From contig JBIJDH010000007.1 of NCBI GenBank assembly GCA_044344255.1, positions 96,001 through 160,000 of the forward strand: a DNA stretch of 64,000 nucleotides, read 5' to 3'. The DNA is from Myxococcota bacterium. Its GTDB lineage: Bacteria; Myxococcota_A; UBA796; UBA2385. Below are positions 28,507 to 38,398 of this stretch, one piece after another. The notes beneath the pieces are model-generated. The model saw nothing but the letters and a program-made list of their open reading frames with translations. It was not told where the DNA came from and ran no database searches. The translations under genes were made by a program, and so were the position numbers. How positions within the stretch are numbered: position 1 is the first letter of the stretch; each line of letters starts with the position of its first letter.

Positions 28507-30285
28507 ATGCTGAGCCTGCTCCGCATCCAGAACCTCGCCATCATCGACAACCTCGAGCTCGAGCTCGGGCCGGGGCTGAACGTCCTCACGGGGGAGACCG
28601 GTGCCGGCAAGTCGATCCTCGTCGGGGCGCTCAAGCTCGTGCTCGGCGGCAAGCCGCGCCCGGAGATGGTGCGCACGGGCGCCGAGTCGGCCGTGGTGGA
28701 GGCCCTCTTCGACATCGGCGACAACCCCCGTGCTCGCGCGCGGCTCGAGGCGGAGGGCATCGAGGCCGAGGGCGACGGTGAGGTCGTGGTGCGGCGCATC
28801 ATCGGCGCCGGCGGCCGCTCGCGGGCCTTCGTCAACGGCAAGCTCACCACCGCCGACCAGCTCAGCCGCCTCGCCGTGGGGCTGGTCGACATCTCCTCGC
28901 AGCACCAGCACCACAGCCTCGTCGATGAGGCCACGCACATCGACTACCTCGACGCCTTCGCCGAGGTGGAGGCGGAGCGGGCGCAGGTGGGGCTGGCCCA
29001 CGCCGAGCTCGTCGCCGCCGTGCGGGCCCTGAAGGAGGCCGAGGCGGCGGTGCGGAGCCGGGCCGAGCGGGAGCAGTTCTTACGCTTTCAGCTCGAGGAC
29101 GTGCGCAAGCTCGACCCCAAGCCCGGCGAGGAGGAGGCGCTGCACCAGGAGGGCGAGCGCCTGCGGCACGCCGAGCGGCTGAGCCAGGTGACCAGCGGCG
29201 GCGAGAAGGTCTTGCACAGCGGCAACGGCGCCGTCTGTGAGAAGCTGCGGCGCCTCGCGGTGGACCTGCGCGACGCCGCCAAGGTCGAGCCGAGCCTCGA
29301 GGGGGTGGCTGGGCGGGTGGAGTCGGCCCGCCTGGAGCTCCAGGACGCCGCCCAGGAGCTCGGCCGGAAGGGGCGCAACTACCCTGAAGATCCGCGCCGG
29401 CTCGCGGAGATCGAGGACCGCACCACCGCCTTGCGTCGCCTGCTCCGCCGGCACGGCCCCACCCTCGAGGCCCTGCTGGAGTGGCGGGCCGGCGCCGAGG
29501 CCGAGCTTGCCGCCCTCTCCGACGGCGACCTGCGCGTGGAGGAGGCCGAGCGGGCGCTGCGGCGGGTGCGGGCGTCGGCCTCCGAGGTCGCCCACGCGCT
29601 CTCGCTCCGCCGGCAGGCCGCCGCCACGGCGCTCGGCGACGCCATCACGGCCGAGCTCAACGCGCTCGGGATGGGCGGGGCGCGGGTGGAGGTGGCGGTG
29701 GCGCCCACCAGCGGCGCCTCCGACGTGGAGGTGGATGGCGCCCGGCTCACCGCCACCGGCATCGACCGGGTGGAATTCCTGATCGCCCCCAACCCGGGCG
29801 AGGCGCCTCGGCCGCTCCGGCAGGTCGCCAGCGGCGGCGAGCTCAGCCGCTCCCTGCTCGCGCTCAAGCGGGTGCTCTCCGGCCTCGGCCCCGTCGGGCT
29901 CTACGTCTTCGATGAGGTCGACACGGGCGTCGGCGGGGCGGTGGCCGAGGTCATCGGCCGCAAGCTCGCTGAGGTGGCCGACGGCGGGCAGGTGCTCTGC
30001 ATCACCCACCTCCCCCAGGTGGCGGCCTGGGCTGACCGTCACCTCCGCGTGCACAAGGCGGTCGTCGACGGCCGCACCCAGAGCGGGGTGGAGCACCTCG
30101 ACAGCCACCACGCCCGCCGAGAGGAGCTGGCGCGGATGCTGGGTGGGGTCGAGGTGGGGGACGGCGCCCGCGAGAACGCAGAGGACATGCTCGCCATCGC
30201 GGCCCGGCGCGCGCGGCCGGCTCAGGAGATCACGGGCGGCGTCCGCAAGGACCAGGTGAACCGGCCGATCTCCACGCCCTCGTAG
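28507..30285 (+). CDS. recN: DNA repair protein RecN
   Basis: TGETGAGKS, ASGGELSR, FDEVDTGVGG, CITHLPQVA. Confidence 0.97.
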   Translation: MLSLLRIQNLAIIDNLELELGPGLNVLTGETGAGKSILVGALKLVLGGKPRPEMVRTGAESAVVEALFDIGDNPRARARLEAEGIEAEGDGEVVVRRIIGAGGRSRAFVNGKLTTADQLSRLAVGLVDISSQHQHHSLVDEATHIDYLDAFAEVEAERAQVGLAHAELVAAVRALKEAEAAVRSRAEREQFLRFQLEDVRKLDPKPGEEEALHQEGERLRHAERLSQVTSGGEKVLHSGNGAVCEKLRRLAVDLRDAAKVEPSLEGVAGRVESARLELQDAAQELGRKGRNYPEDPRRLAEIEDRTTALRRLLRRHGPTLEALLEWRAGAEAELAALSDGDLRVEEAERALRRVRASASEVAHALSLRRQAAATALGDAITAELNALGMGGARVEVAVAPTSGASDVEVDGARLTATGIDRVEFLIAPNPGEAPRPLRQVASGGELSRSLLALKRVLSGLGPVGLYVFDEVDTGVGGAVAEVIGRKLAEVADGGQVLCITHLPQVAAWADRHLRVHKAVVDGRTQSGVEHLDSHHARREELARMLGGVEVGDGARENAEDMLAIAARRARPAQEITGGVRKDQVNRPISTPS

Positions 30286-30442
30286 GTCTCCCGCAGCGCC
30301 AGCCGGTAGGGGCCCTGCGGGGAGCCCGCGAGCAGGGTCCAGCCGCTCATCGGCGGCCTGCAGGTGGGGCTGCAGGTGTGCCGGCTGACCCGCACGTCCG
30401 TGGCGGCCTCGGTCGGCGGAGCCTTTCCCGGTGATCCGCTGG

Positions 30443-31282
30443 TTAAATCCGTGCACCGGCCGCGACGGCGGCCTCGATGAAGCGCTCGATGTCGGTCGGC
30501 GTGACAAAGACCCGGCGCCGCGCCTCGATCATCAATCCACCCTTGCTCCGGCTCGCGCTGGCGTGGAAGCCGCCCTCCCCATCGCGAAAGGCGCCGAGCC
30601 AGAGGCCGGGTAGGCCCGTCCCCGCGAGGCGGAAGGCGCGGCCGAGGTCAGCCCGGCGGAGGCGAACCCCCTCGAGCGGGACCTCCAGCTCGCCGAAGTG
30701 CCGCGGCACGAACAAGGAGCGGCCCTCGATCCGATAGACCAACGGCCGGAAGATCTGTCGGAGGAGGAGCACGAGCCCGATGGGCAGCGCGAGCACGAGG
30801 GCCGCGAGGCCATAGGCCCAGGCGGGCACGGTCCGGCCCGGCAGGGAGACCGACGCCGTGCCCTGGGGGTCCTGCAGGGCGGCCTGGAAGGCGAGGGCGT
30901 CGGGGGGGGAGAGGACCAGGGGCGGGCCGCTGGCGCGGGTGATCACGAGCACGTCGGCGCGGCAGTCGGTGGCGAGGGCGACCTCTCCCACCCCGTCGAG
31001 GGCCCAGTCGCCGGCGCAGTAGCCGCCCATCGCGGTGCCGTTGCGCCGGTGGGCGCCCGTGATCTGCCGCGCCTCCACCCCGCGGAGCTCGGCGCGCGGC
31101 ACGCGCACGCCGTCGTCCATCCGGCCGAGGCGGGCCTCGACCACGAGCGCCTCGGGGTTGACCGAGTAGCGGAGGGTGGTGGGCGCCACCATCACGTAGG
31201 CGCCGAAGAGGGCGCCGCCCGCCGGGAGCAGGAGCAGGAGGAGCCAGAGGAACGAGGGAGGCGGGCCGGCGGGGAACTTCAT
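30443..31282 (-). CDS. Membrane protein with two bacterial PH-like domains
   Basis: Two TM+PH units with R.NGTAMGGY..G.W and RLAGTGLPGLWLG.F motifs. Confidence 0.75.
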   Translation of the reverse strand: MKFPAGPPPSFLWLLLLLLPAGGALFGAYVMVAPTTLRYSVNPEALVVEARLGRMDDGVRVPRAELRGVEARQITGAHRRNGTAMGGYCAGDWALDGVGEVALATDCRADVLVITRASGPPLVLSPPDALAFQAALQDPQGTASVSLPGRTVPAWAYGLAALVLALPIGLVLLLRQIFRPLVYRIEGRSLFVPRHFGELEVPLEGVRLRRADLGRAFRLAGTGLPGLWLGAFRDGEGGFHASASRSKGGLMIEARRRVFVTPTDIERFIEAAVAAGARI

Positions 31283-31316
31283 CCCTCGCGGCTATCGTGT
31301 TCTGCGGCCTCTATAC

Positions 31317-33032
31317 TCAGTCTCCCACGTAGTAGGTGTCGAAGCTCTGGTACACGGTGTTGCCGGTGCCGCCGAGGATCGCCGAGGCGTAGTAGTCGGT
31401 GACGTTGCGGTAGCCGCTCACGACCGCGCTCGCGGGAGCGTTGGTGCGGTTCTCGGCCCCGCCCAGCACGACGCTGTCGTCGCCCGCCGCCGCGTTGATC
31501 TGCCCGCCGCCCACGAGGCTGCGCGGGCCCGACGCGACGTTACCCTGGCCGGCGAGCACGGCCGCGGCCTCCCCGCTGGCCTCGTTGTCCTGTCCGCTGA
31601 GCACGACCCCATAGAGCCCCGAGGCGAGGTTGCCGTGCCCGCTGAGCGCCACGCCGTCCTCCCAGGCCTCGTTCGAGTCGCCGCCGACGAGGGAGCGGTT
31701 GCCCGCCGTGTTCCCGGCGCCGAAGAGCACGCTCCCCCAGCCGGTGTAGCTGTGGTCCATCCCGAGCACGAGGTTGTGGCTGCCGCCGCGGGAGGCGCCG
31801 CCGCTGTCCTCGTCGTAGCCGAGGATGATGTTGCCGAGGCCGTTGCTGGTGTTGGTGGCGGCGGCGCCGTTGCGCACCCGTAGGTTGGCGCCGTCGATGA
31901 TCACGTCGTCACCGCTCAGGTAGAGGGTGCCGAGCAGCTCGTCCACCTCGGCGATGACCGGCCGGGCGGCCCCCCACTCGGCGTCGAGGGATGTGGTGCT
32001 GGCTTCGACGGCGACGAGGCGGTCTGCGAGGGCGACGGCGGCGCCGGACAGGGAGGTCACGCTCTCGACCATGCTGTCGACCCGCGTGAGCAGGCCGCCT
32101 GTCGAGAGCTCGAGGGCGGCGACCTCGGTCGCGAGCTTGTTCTCGTAGCCCTGGACGATGATCATGTCGTCGGCGAGGGCGGCGAGGCGACCTTGAACGA
32201 TGATGCTGTCGGCGGAGAGGCTGCTCACGAGCCCCTGAACGATGATGAGGTCGCTCGCGGTGGCGGTCACCTCGGTCCAGAGGGAGGCCAGCGAGTCGTC
32301 GAGCTCCTGGACGGTGTCCGAGAGGAGGGCGAGCTCTCCGTCGAGCAGGTCCACGTCGGTCTGGAGCTGCTGGACCAGCGAGTCTGTTACCGAGCCGAGG
32401 CCGGCCGTGTAGCTCGTGGTCACGGTGTTCCGGAGCCCACCGGCGGTCAGGGCGGCGGTGCCCTTGGCGCTGTTCATGCTCCCGCCGGCCACGAGGCTGT
32501 GGGCGCCGCTGGCGGTGTTGGTGGTGCCGCCGGCGACGGCGCTGTAGCTGCCGCTCGCGGTGTTGCTGTAGCCGCCCGCGACCGCGGCGTACGTCTGCTT
32601 GGCCGTGTTGTTTCGGCCCCCGCTGACGGCGGCGTAGGTGGCCGTGGCCTTGTTGCCGGAGCCGCCGGCCACCGTGGCCCCTGCGGCCGAGATCGCGTTG
32701 TCGAAGCCGGCGATCAGCGCCCCGCTCGCCGAGTAGCTGTGCTTGTCGCCGATGACGACGTTGTGGGAGCCGCCGCGGGTGTCGGTGGTGTCGGCCACGT
32801 CATAGCCGACGATGACGTTGCCGAGGCCGTTGGTCGAGTAGGTGCTGCCCTCTCCGTTCTCGATGTGCAGGTTGCAGCCGCGGACGGTGAGCTCGGTGCC
32901 ATTGGCGACGAGCATGCACCCTTCGGCGTTCTGGTAGATCACGTCCTCGGCCCGGGCGAGGCCACCCGCGGCCCAGAGCGCGCAGAGGGTGGAGAGGGCG
33001 GGGAGGGGTCGGAGGAGGGCGGGGGTAGACAT
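31317..33032 (-). CDS. Secreted fibre/adhesin-like protein (two beta-roll heads flanking a coiled coil)
   Basis: ATG 33032 with signal peptide (ARA); GGxxNxAxxxxxxV repeats; duplicated NGLGN.I.GYD...RGGSHN..G..HSY; heptad stalk. Confidence 0.8.
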   Translation of the reverse strand: MSTPALLRPLPALSTLCALWAAGGLARAEDVIYQNAEGCMLVANGTELTVRGCNLHIENGEGSTYSTNGLGNVIVGYDVADTTDTRGGSHNVVIGDKHSYSASGALIAGFDNAISAAGATVAGGSGNKATATYAAVSGGRNNTAKQTYAAVAGGYSNTASGSYSAVAGGTTNTASGAHSLVAGGSMNSAKGTAALTAGGLRNTVTTSYTAGLGSVTDSLVQQLQTDVDLLDGELALLSDTVQELDDSLASLWTEVTATASDLIIVQGLVSSLSADSIIVQGRLAALADDMIIVQGYENKLATEVAALELSTGGLLTRVDSMVESVTSLSGAAVALADRLVAVEASTTSLDAEWGAARPVIAEVDELLGTLYLSGDDVIIDGANLRVRNGAAATNTSNGLGNIILGYDEDSGGASRGGSHNLVLGMDHSYTGWGSVLFGAGNTAGNRSLVGGDSNEAWEDGVALSGHGNLASGLYGVVLSGQDNEASGEAAAVLAGQGNVASGPRSLVGGGQINAAAGDDSVVLGGAENRTNAPASAVVSGYRNVTDYYASAILGGTGNTVYQSFDTYYVGD

Positions 33033-33085
33033 CGGAGAGCTCCAGGTGGGAGCCCCAGGGGTAGCCGCGGGCCTCGACCCCGCCC

Positions 33086-33103
33086 CTCGCATGAACGTGT
33101 GAG
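33086..33103. promoter_or_regulatory. Imperfect palindrome between the fibre gene and the kinase, candidate LuxR/NarL operator
   Basis: CTCGCATG-AA-CGTGTGAG, 6 of 8 positions complementary. Confidence 0.45.
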
Positions 33104-33149
33104 CCGCGAGGCCCCGGCCCCCCGCGGACCGCGGGGATACCGATCTGCC

Positions 33150-35975
33150 GTGCTCCTCCTCCTGCTCGCGCTGCTCTGCCCGCCGTCCGCCTTCGCCGCC
33201 CGACGGCTCGTACGGGACGTGGCGGGGCTGCCGGCGAGCTCGACCCTGGCCTTGGCCGAGGGCCCGGACGGGCGAGTGTGGGCGGGGACCTACCTCGGCC
33301 TCTGGGTGGTGGACGGCGCGGCCGGGCGGCGGGTGGCCGAGGCGGCCCTCCCCGGCCTCGTGACCGAGCTCGTCGCGGACGCCGAGGGCCGGCTCTGGGC
33401 CCTGCACGAGGACGGCGCCGTGGTCGTCATCCTCGATGAGCCGGGGGAGGGCCGCTCCGAGGCCGCCTTCGCCTGCGAGGCGGGCACCTGCCCCTCGCTG
33501 GGCTGGCGGGACGTGCGGGCGCTCGCGCGGGGGCCCGACGGCCGGCCCCTGCTCTTGCGGGGCGATGCGGTCTGGGCCCTCTCCGCGGCCGGGGCCTGGG
33601 CGCAGGTGGCGAGCATCCCGGGCGGGGTCGGCCTCTTCTCCGATGGGCGCGCCGCCTACGTCGAGGCCCGGGGCTCCCTCCTCCGCCTTGACCCCAGGGG
33701 CCCGGTGGAGGTCGCCGCCCTGGAGGGGGCCCTGGTGGGGGTGGCGACGCTCCCGGGCGATCCCGAGGGCCTCGCCGGCCTCGACTGGGAGGGACGACTG
33801 TGGGCCTTCTCCGGCGGGGAGCGGCGCCTGCTGCTCGATGATCCCGGGCGTGGGATCTCGCTCCTTCGGCGGGGAGACACGCTGTGGGTCAGCGTAGACC
33901 GGGCGCTGCTCGCGTGGCGCGACGACGTGGTCGAGCGCATCAGCGGCGCGGACGGCGCCCGCGGCGGGGGCCCCCTGCTTGAGACCGCAGACGGCGCGCT
34001 CTGGCTCGGCGACTTCCTCGGCGTGCACCTCTTCCCCGAGCCAGAGACGGGCGCCGTCTCCGAGGCGGACGGCCTCGTGAGCGACCACGCGCGCACCCTC
34101 GTCGGGGTGGGCGACCGGCTCTGGGTGGCGACCTGGCAGGGCCTGTCCGCGGTGCGCCCGGGCGGACAGGTGGTGTCGAACCTGCCGGGGGTGCAGGTCG
34201 AGGGCGGCTTTTGTGGGGAGGGGGAGGGAGCATGGGCCGGTGCGCGCGACATGCGCGGCGGGGACGGCCTCGGGGGGCCGCGCTTCGTCCTCCTCCGCCT
34301 CGACGCGGCGGGGGCGCGCACCATCCCCTGGGCCACCGAGGGCTGGCCACGGGGCTGCGCGCTGGACGCCGAGGGCCGGCCCTGGTTCACCACCACCGAC
34401 GGCCTCTGGACGCTGGAGGGCGGCGCCCCGGTCGCCCGGGCGACGGGCGCGGAGTGGGATGGCCTCCCGGCGACCACCGCCGAGGGCCTCGTGGTGGTGG
34501 GGCGCTCTGCCGCCCTCTGGGTCCGCGACGGTCAGGTGGCGCGTCGACTGCCCCTCTCGATCCAGAGCCGCGTCACGCGCGTCCTGCCGCTCGAAGCGCG
34601 GCTCTGGGTGGCCACGGAGGGTGACGGGCTCTGGTCCATCGACCGCGAGGGGGCGGAGCGGGTCGCCCTCGACGGGGCCACCACCCCTCGCCACATCCTC
34701 GGCCTCACGCGGACAGCCGAGGGGGTCTGGCTCTCTGGGCAGGGCACCCTGATGCGGGTCTCCGAGGAGGCGCGCCCCCGCCTCCTCGAGCGTGTCGGCG
34801 GCGCGCAGGGCCTGCTCGCCGACGGGGCCGAGGCGGTGCTGCCGGACGGACAGGGGACGCTGCGCCTCGCCACCAGCGCCGGCCTCGTGCGCGTGCCAGA
34901 GCGGGCCCGGGCCCTCCCGCTGGCCGCGCCCGCCCCCCTGCTCGCCGCGCCCCCGCTCGGGCGGCAGATCCAGGGCGGTGGGGGGGCCTGGTCCTTGCCT
35001 GCGCCGCCGAACGAGCTGCTCCTCTCCTTCGCGCTGCCCGCCTGGCGAGACGGGGCCGCGGGGCGCCTGCGGGCGCGGGTGGACGACCGCCTCCACTCCT
35101 TGCCGGGCGGCGCCCTCCGCATCGTCGACCTCAAGCCGGGGGAGCACGAGATCGCGGTGGAGAGCTCGCTCGACGGCCGGTCTTGGACGGCCGGGCCTGC
35201 CCTGCGGCTCACGGTCGCCACCCCCTTCTACCTGCGCCCCTCCTTCCTCTTCGCCGGCATGGTGGGCCTCTCGGCCGCAGGGCTCCTCATCCACCGCGCG
35301 CGGGTCGCGGCGCTGCTGCGGGTGGAGCGCGAGCGCAGCCGCATCGCCTTGGACCTCCACGATGAGCTCGGCAGCGGCCTCGCTGGCGTCTCCGCCCTCG
35401 CCGGGATGGCGGCCGACCCCGACATCGACCCCGAGGGCCGCCTGCACCTCGCGGCCACCATCGCCCGCGTCTCCGAAGAGCTGGGGGCCGCCCTCGGCGA
35501 CATCGTCTGGTCGCTCCGGCGGGACACGGCCGATCCCGCCGCCCTGCTCGCCTCCCTCGCCGAGCGGGGAAACCGCATGCTGGCCCCGCGCGGCGGGGAG
35601 GTCATTCCGCTCCCCCTCCGCGGATCCGTGGCCCCGCTGTCGCTGCCCGTCCGGCGAGCTCTCCAGCGCATCGGCGTCGAGGCCCTGCACAACGCGGCGC
35701 GCCACGGGGACGCCCGTCGGGTCGAGCTCTCCATCGAGCCCGGCCTAGGGCGGTCCCCCTCGGTCTTCCGCGTGCGCGACGACGGCCGCCCCAACGGCGC
35801 TGGCAGCGCGGGGAGCGGCCTTGGCCTGCCCGGAATGCGGGCGAGGGCGGAGGCCATTGGCGGGCAGCTCGTCGCGGGGCCGGTGGTCGGTGGCGGCTTC
35901 CTCGTCGAGGTCACCTTTCGGCCCGAGGCCGGCGGCGCCCTCGCCGGGCCCGCCTGGCTGCGGCGCCTCCGCTGA
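33150..35975 (+). CDS. Sensor histidine kinase with periplasmic beta-propeller/Y_Y_Y-like domains and a HisKA_3 core
   Basis: GTG 33150 with signal peptide; repeated DG.LW.GT; TM; ERSRIALDLHDELGS, EALHNAARHG, DDG, GLGL.GMRARA. Confidence 0.9.
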   Translation: MLLLLLALLCPPSAFAARRLVRDVAGLPASSTLALAEGPDGRVWAGTYLGLWVVDGAAGRRVAEAALPGLVTELVADAEGRLWALHEDGAVVVILDEPGEGRSEAAFACEAGTCPSLGWRDVRALARGPDGRPLLLRGDAVWALSAAGAWAQVASIPGGVGLFSDGRAAYVEARGSLLRLDPRGPVEVAALEGALVGVATLPGDPEGLAGLDWEGRLWAFSGGERRLLLDDPGRGISLLRRGDTLWVSVDRALLAWRDDVVERISGADGARGGGPLLETADGALWLGDFLGVHLFPEPETGAVSEADGLVSDHARTLVGVGDRLWVATWQGLSAVRPGGQVVSNLPGVQVEGGFCGEGEGAWAGARDMRGGDGLGGPRFVLLRLDAAGARTIPWATEGWPRGCALDAEGRPWFTTTDGLWTLEGGAPVARATGAEWDGLPATTAEGLVVVGRSAALWVRDGQVARRLPLSIQSRVTRVLPLEARLWVATEGDGLWSIDREGAERVALDGATTPRHILGLTRTAEGVWLSGQGTLMRVSEEARPRLLERVGGAQGLLADGAEAVLPDGQGTLRLATSAGLVRVPERARALPLAAPAPLLAAPPLGRQIQGGGGAWSLPAPPNELLLSFALPAWRDGAAGRLRARVDDRLHSLPGGALRIVDLKPGEHEIAVESSLDGRSWTAGPALRLTVATPFYLRPSFLFAGMVGLSAAGLLIHRARVAALLRVERERSRIALDLHDELGSGLAGVSALAGMAADPDIDPEGRLHLAATIARVSEELGAALGDIVWSLRRDTADPAALLASLAERGNRMLAPRGGEVIPLPLRGSVAPLSLPVRRALQRIGVEALHNAARHGDARRVELSIEPGLGRSPSVFRVRDDGRPNGAGSAGSGLGLPGMRARAEAIGGQLVAGPVVGGGFLVEVTFRPEAGGALAGPAWLRRLR

Positions 35976-36092
35976 CCCTTGCACAAGTGGGTGGCCGCCT
36001 TGTAGCCTCCCGGCCCGACTCCAGCCGACCGTGTTCATCCTACCCATCCCCAAGAATCCTGCAGCAGTCTGCCATTCCCATCGGAGCCCTCG

Positions 36093-38315
36093 ATGCCGAT
36101 CAAGTCCATCACCGAGATCGCCGACTTCGCCGAGTACAAGAAGGCGCTCAAGCGAGACCTCGAGCTCGCGAAGAGCAAGCTCCAGCCCTTCATCTACATC
36201 GAGGGTTACAAATTCACCGGTAAGGTGGGCCCGGCCATCATCGTGGGCAAGATCGAGGCCTCGGTCATCCAGGCCTTCAAGAACAACGGCACGGCCCTCT
36301 CCTTCTCCAAGGGCCGATGTCGTTACGTGAAGTCCACCGTCAATTTCGTCGTAGATCAGGGGCCGCTGGTCGAGACCAAGCTGGTGCTGGCGCGGAATTT
36401 CGCCGGACTCAACGCCCTCGATGTGGCGGTGAGCGAGGGGCTCGTCGAGACCCGCGCCGAGGATGTGGGGGCCCTCCAGACCGCCCTCACCAAGGCCGTG
36501 AAGGCGCAGGTCAACCCGATCACGACCACGCTCACCGAGCGTTATCAGTACTTGAAGGCACAGAAGGTGTCGGGTGCGCCCGTCCTCTCGAAGGAGGACG
36601 ATCGTGCGCTGCTCGCCCTCTTCGCCAAGGCACGCGATGCCGCCAAGGAGGATCCGCTCGGCGCGTATGATCCCCTGGTCCTCTTCGAGGATGCCCTGGC
36701 GGTGGCCGAGGCCAAGGCTGGGCTCGTCGTGGATCGGCTGGAGATCGCGCCCAATGATGCCGTGAAAGAAGCCTTCCAGGCCTATGCCGAGGCCGCCGAG
36801 GCCCAGAACAAGCAGATCGATGAAGCACTCCCCCGCGACCGACTGACCCCCAAGAAGCTCGTGGTCAACACCGATGTCGGTGTCGTGACGGAGGTGGGGG
36901 ACAAGGAGAACCCGGAGACGGTTACGCAACGCTCCGTCGGCCAGATGATCCAGGACCGCGGCGAAGCCCTGGAATTCCAGAAGAAGCAGGTCGAGGAGCA
37001 TGAGGACGGCGCCAAGAAGCTCGCCGCTGTGAAGCTGATGGTCACGGCCCGCAGGGAGGAGCTGGGGCGGCTGCTGGCCGAACCGAAGCGGATCATCGAG
37101 GAGTCCATCCAGACGATTGAGAGCCACACCAGAACCGTGGAGAACAACAACAGCGAGATCGACTCGAGGAAGGAGACCTATATTGACGCCTTCGTCGAGG
37201 TCGAGGAGGGCATCCGGAAGAGGTACAAAGACGATGTACCGGAGATGGAGCGCCGGATCAGGGTCCTCGAAACGAACCGCGATGACGCGCTCCGTGAGAA
37301 CCAGGAGATGATCGAAGAGAACGATCGCCTCGGCCTCGAGGTGCCCGAGCTGGAGAAGACGGTAAAGGCACAGAAGAAGCTCGCAAAGGAGATTATCGAG
37401 CGGATCTGGCTGGGACTTCACGGCGACATTGAAGACAGATATGCGGGCTTCGGCAGCCAGTATCCCACCACTCTCCCCAAGCTGAAGGATGTGCTGGAGA
37501 ACAGCGCCAAGGGGCTCCCCGAAGCCGAGGAGGCGGTGCGGGACTTCGACGTCCTGGCTGGCCGACATGGCTCCGGGCGCCACGGCGCACAGACGGGCAT
37601 CGAGATGCAGGCCCGGCGCGTCGCCACCCGCGGTGTGACCGCCGACCAGGACGAGAACGAGTATGGCACGAGCCGCGGTGGCTCCACGAAGTGGCGGGCC
37701 ATCACGCTCACCTGGGAGAACAAGAAGGGAAAGAAGGTCATCACCGACCGCGCGCCGATCTTGAAGGAGATCCTCCGTCAGCATGAGCACCGGCTCACAC
37801 CCGCGAGCGCCTCCTCGTCTTTTCACAGCCCCGAGCTGGAGAGAGAGGCGGTGGAGCGCGCCGTGGCCATCGCCACGGCCGCCGGGCTTCAATGGAAGGA
37901 GATCTCCACCCAGGACGGTACCGGCTGGGAGCCCCTGCAGGACATGACCATCATCATCGGCAAGCCGAAGAAGAGCCGCTCCGTCGGTTGGGGCCTCAGC
38001 TTGGAGCAGATCAAGACCGAGGTGAAGCTCGAGCTCGCGGACGCGAACCGTATCCTCGACGACTTTCGCGACGGCAACATCGATCTGGACACGATGCTCG
38101 AGGGTCTCAACTCCAAGCTCATCCTCGACGGAGACGGTGGGGCCAAGATGATGACCCACGCCCGCCTCTTCGTTCAGAAGACCTCGAAGGGTTGGGCCTC
38201 CACCACCCACTTCCCGAGCGCCGACGGGGCACCCTCCTGGTCGCTCTCCGAACGCTGGGTGCGGGAGTCCGACGGGGTGAATGTGGTCGAGAAGCCGCCT
38301 TTCCACGAGCCCTGA
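36093..38315 (+). CDS. 740-aa protein: unrecognised N-terminal domain, long coiled coil, toxin-like C-terminal domain
   Basis: GGAG Shine-Dalgarno; TTGCAC-N18-TAGCCT at 35979-36008; Lys/Glu-rich helical centre; HGSGRHG...GVTADQ...ASSSF...THFP. Confidence 0.8.
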   Translation: MPIKSITEIADFAEYKKALKRDLELAKSKLQPFIYIEGYKFTGKVGPAIIVGKIEASVIQAFKNNGTALSFSKGRCRYVKSTVNFVVDQGPLVETKLVLARNFAGLNALDVAVSEGLVETRAEDVGALQTALTKAVKAQVNPITTTLTERYQYLKAQKVSGAPVLSKEDDRALLALFAKARDAAKEDPLGAYDPLVLFEDALAVAEAKAGLVVDRLEIAPNDAVKEAFQAYAEAAEAQNKQIDEALPRDRLTPKKLVVNTDVGVVTEVGDKENPETVTQRSVGQMIQDRGEALEFQKKQVEEHEDGAKKLAAVKLMVTARREELGRLLAEPKRIIEESIQTIESHTRTVENNNSEIDSRKETYIDAFVEVEEGIRKRYKDDVPEMERRIRVLETNRDDALRENQEMIEENDRLGLEVPELEKTVKAQKKLAKEIIERIWLGLHGDIEDRYAGFGSQYPTTLPKLKDVLENSAKGLPEAEEAVRDFDVLAGRHGSGRHGAQTGIEMQARRVATRGVTADQDENEYGTSRGGSTKWRAITLTWENKKGKKVITDRAPILKEILRQHEHRLTPASASSSFHSPELEREAVERAVAIATAAGLQWKEISTQDGTGWEPLQDMTIIIGKPKKSRSVGWGLSLEQIKTEVKLELADANRILDDFRDGNIDLDTMLEGLNSKLILDGDGGAKMMTHARLFVQKTSKGWASTTHFPSADGAPSWSLSERWVRESDGVNVVEKPPFHEP

Positions 38316-38398
38316 GCGGCGTGGCAGGCCCGCCCCTCCCAGATCTCCGAGACCGCGCACCCCCATGCCTTGCTATCCTCAGCGCCCCCGGAGGCCTC

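Noticed and set aside
33033..35705. N-terminal ~890 aa of the 1462-aa minus-strand ORF
   Set aside because: Antisense to the sensor kinase; the real gene starts at ATG 33032 with an SD-like GGAG and a signal peptide.
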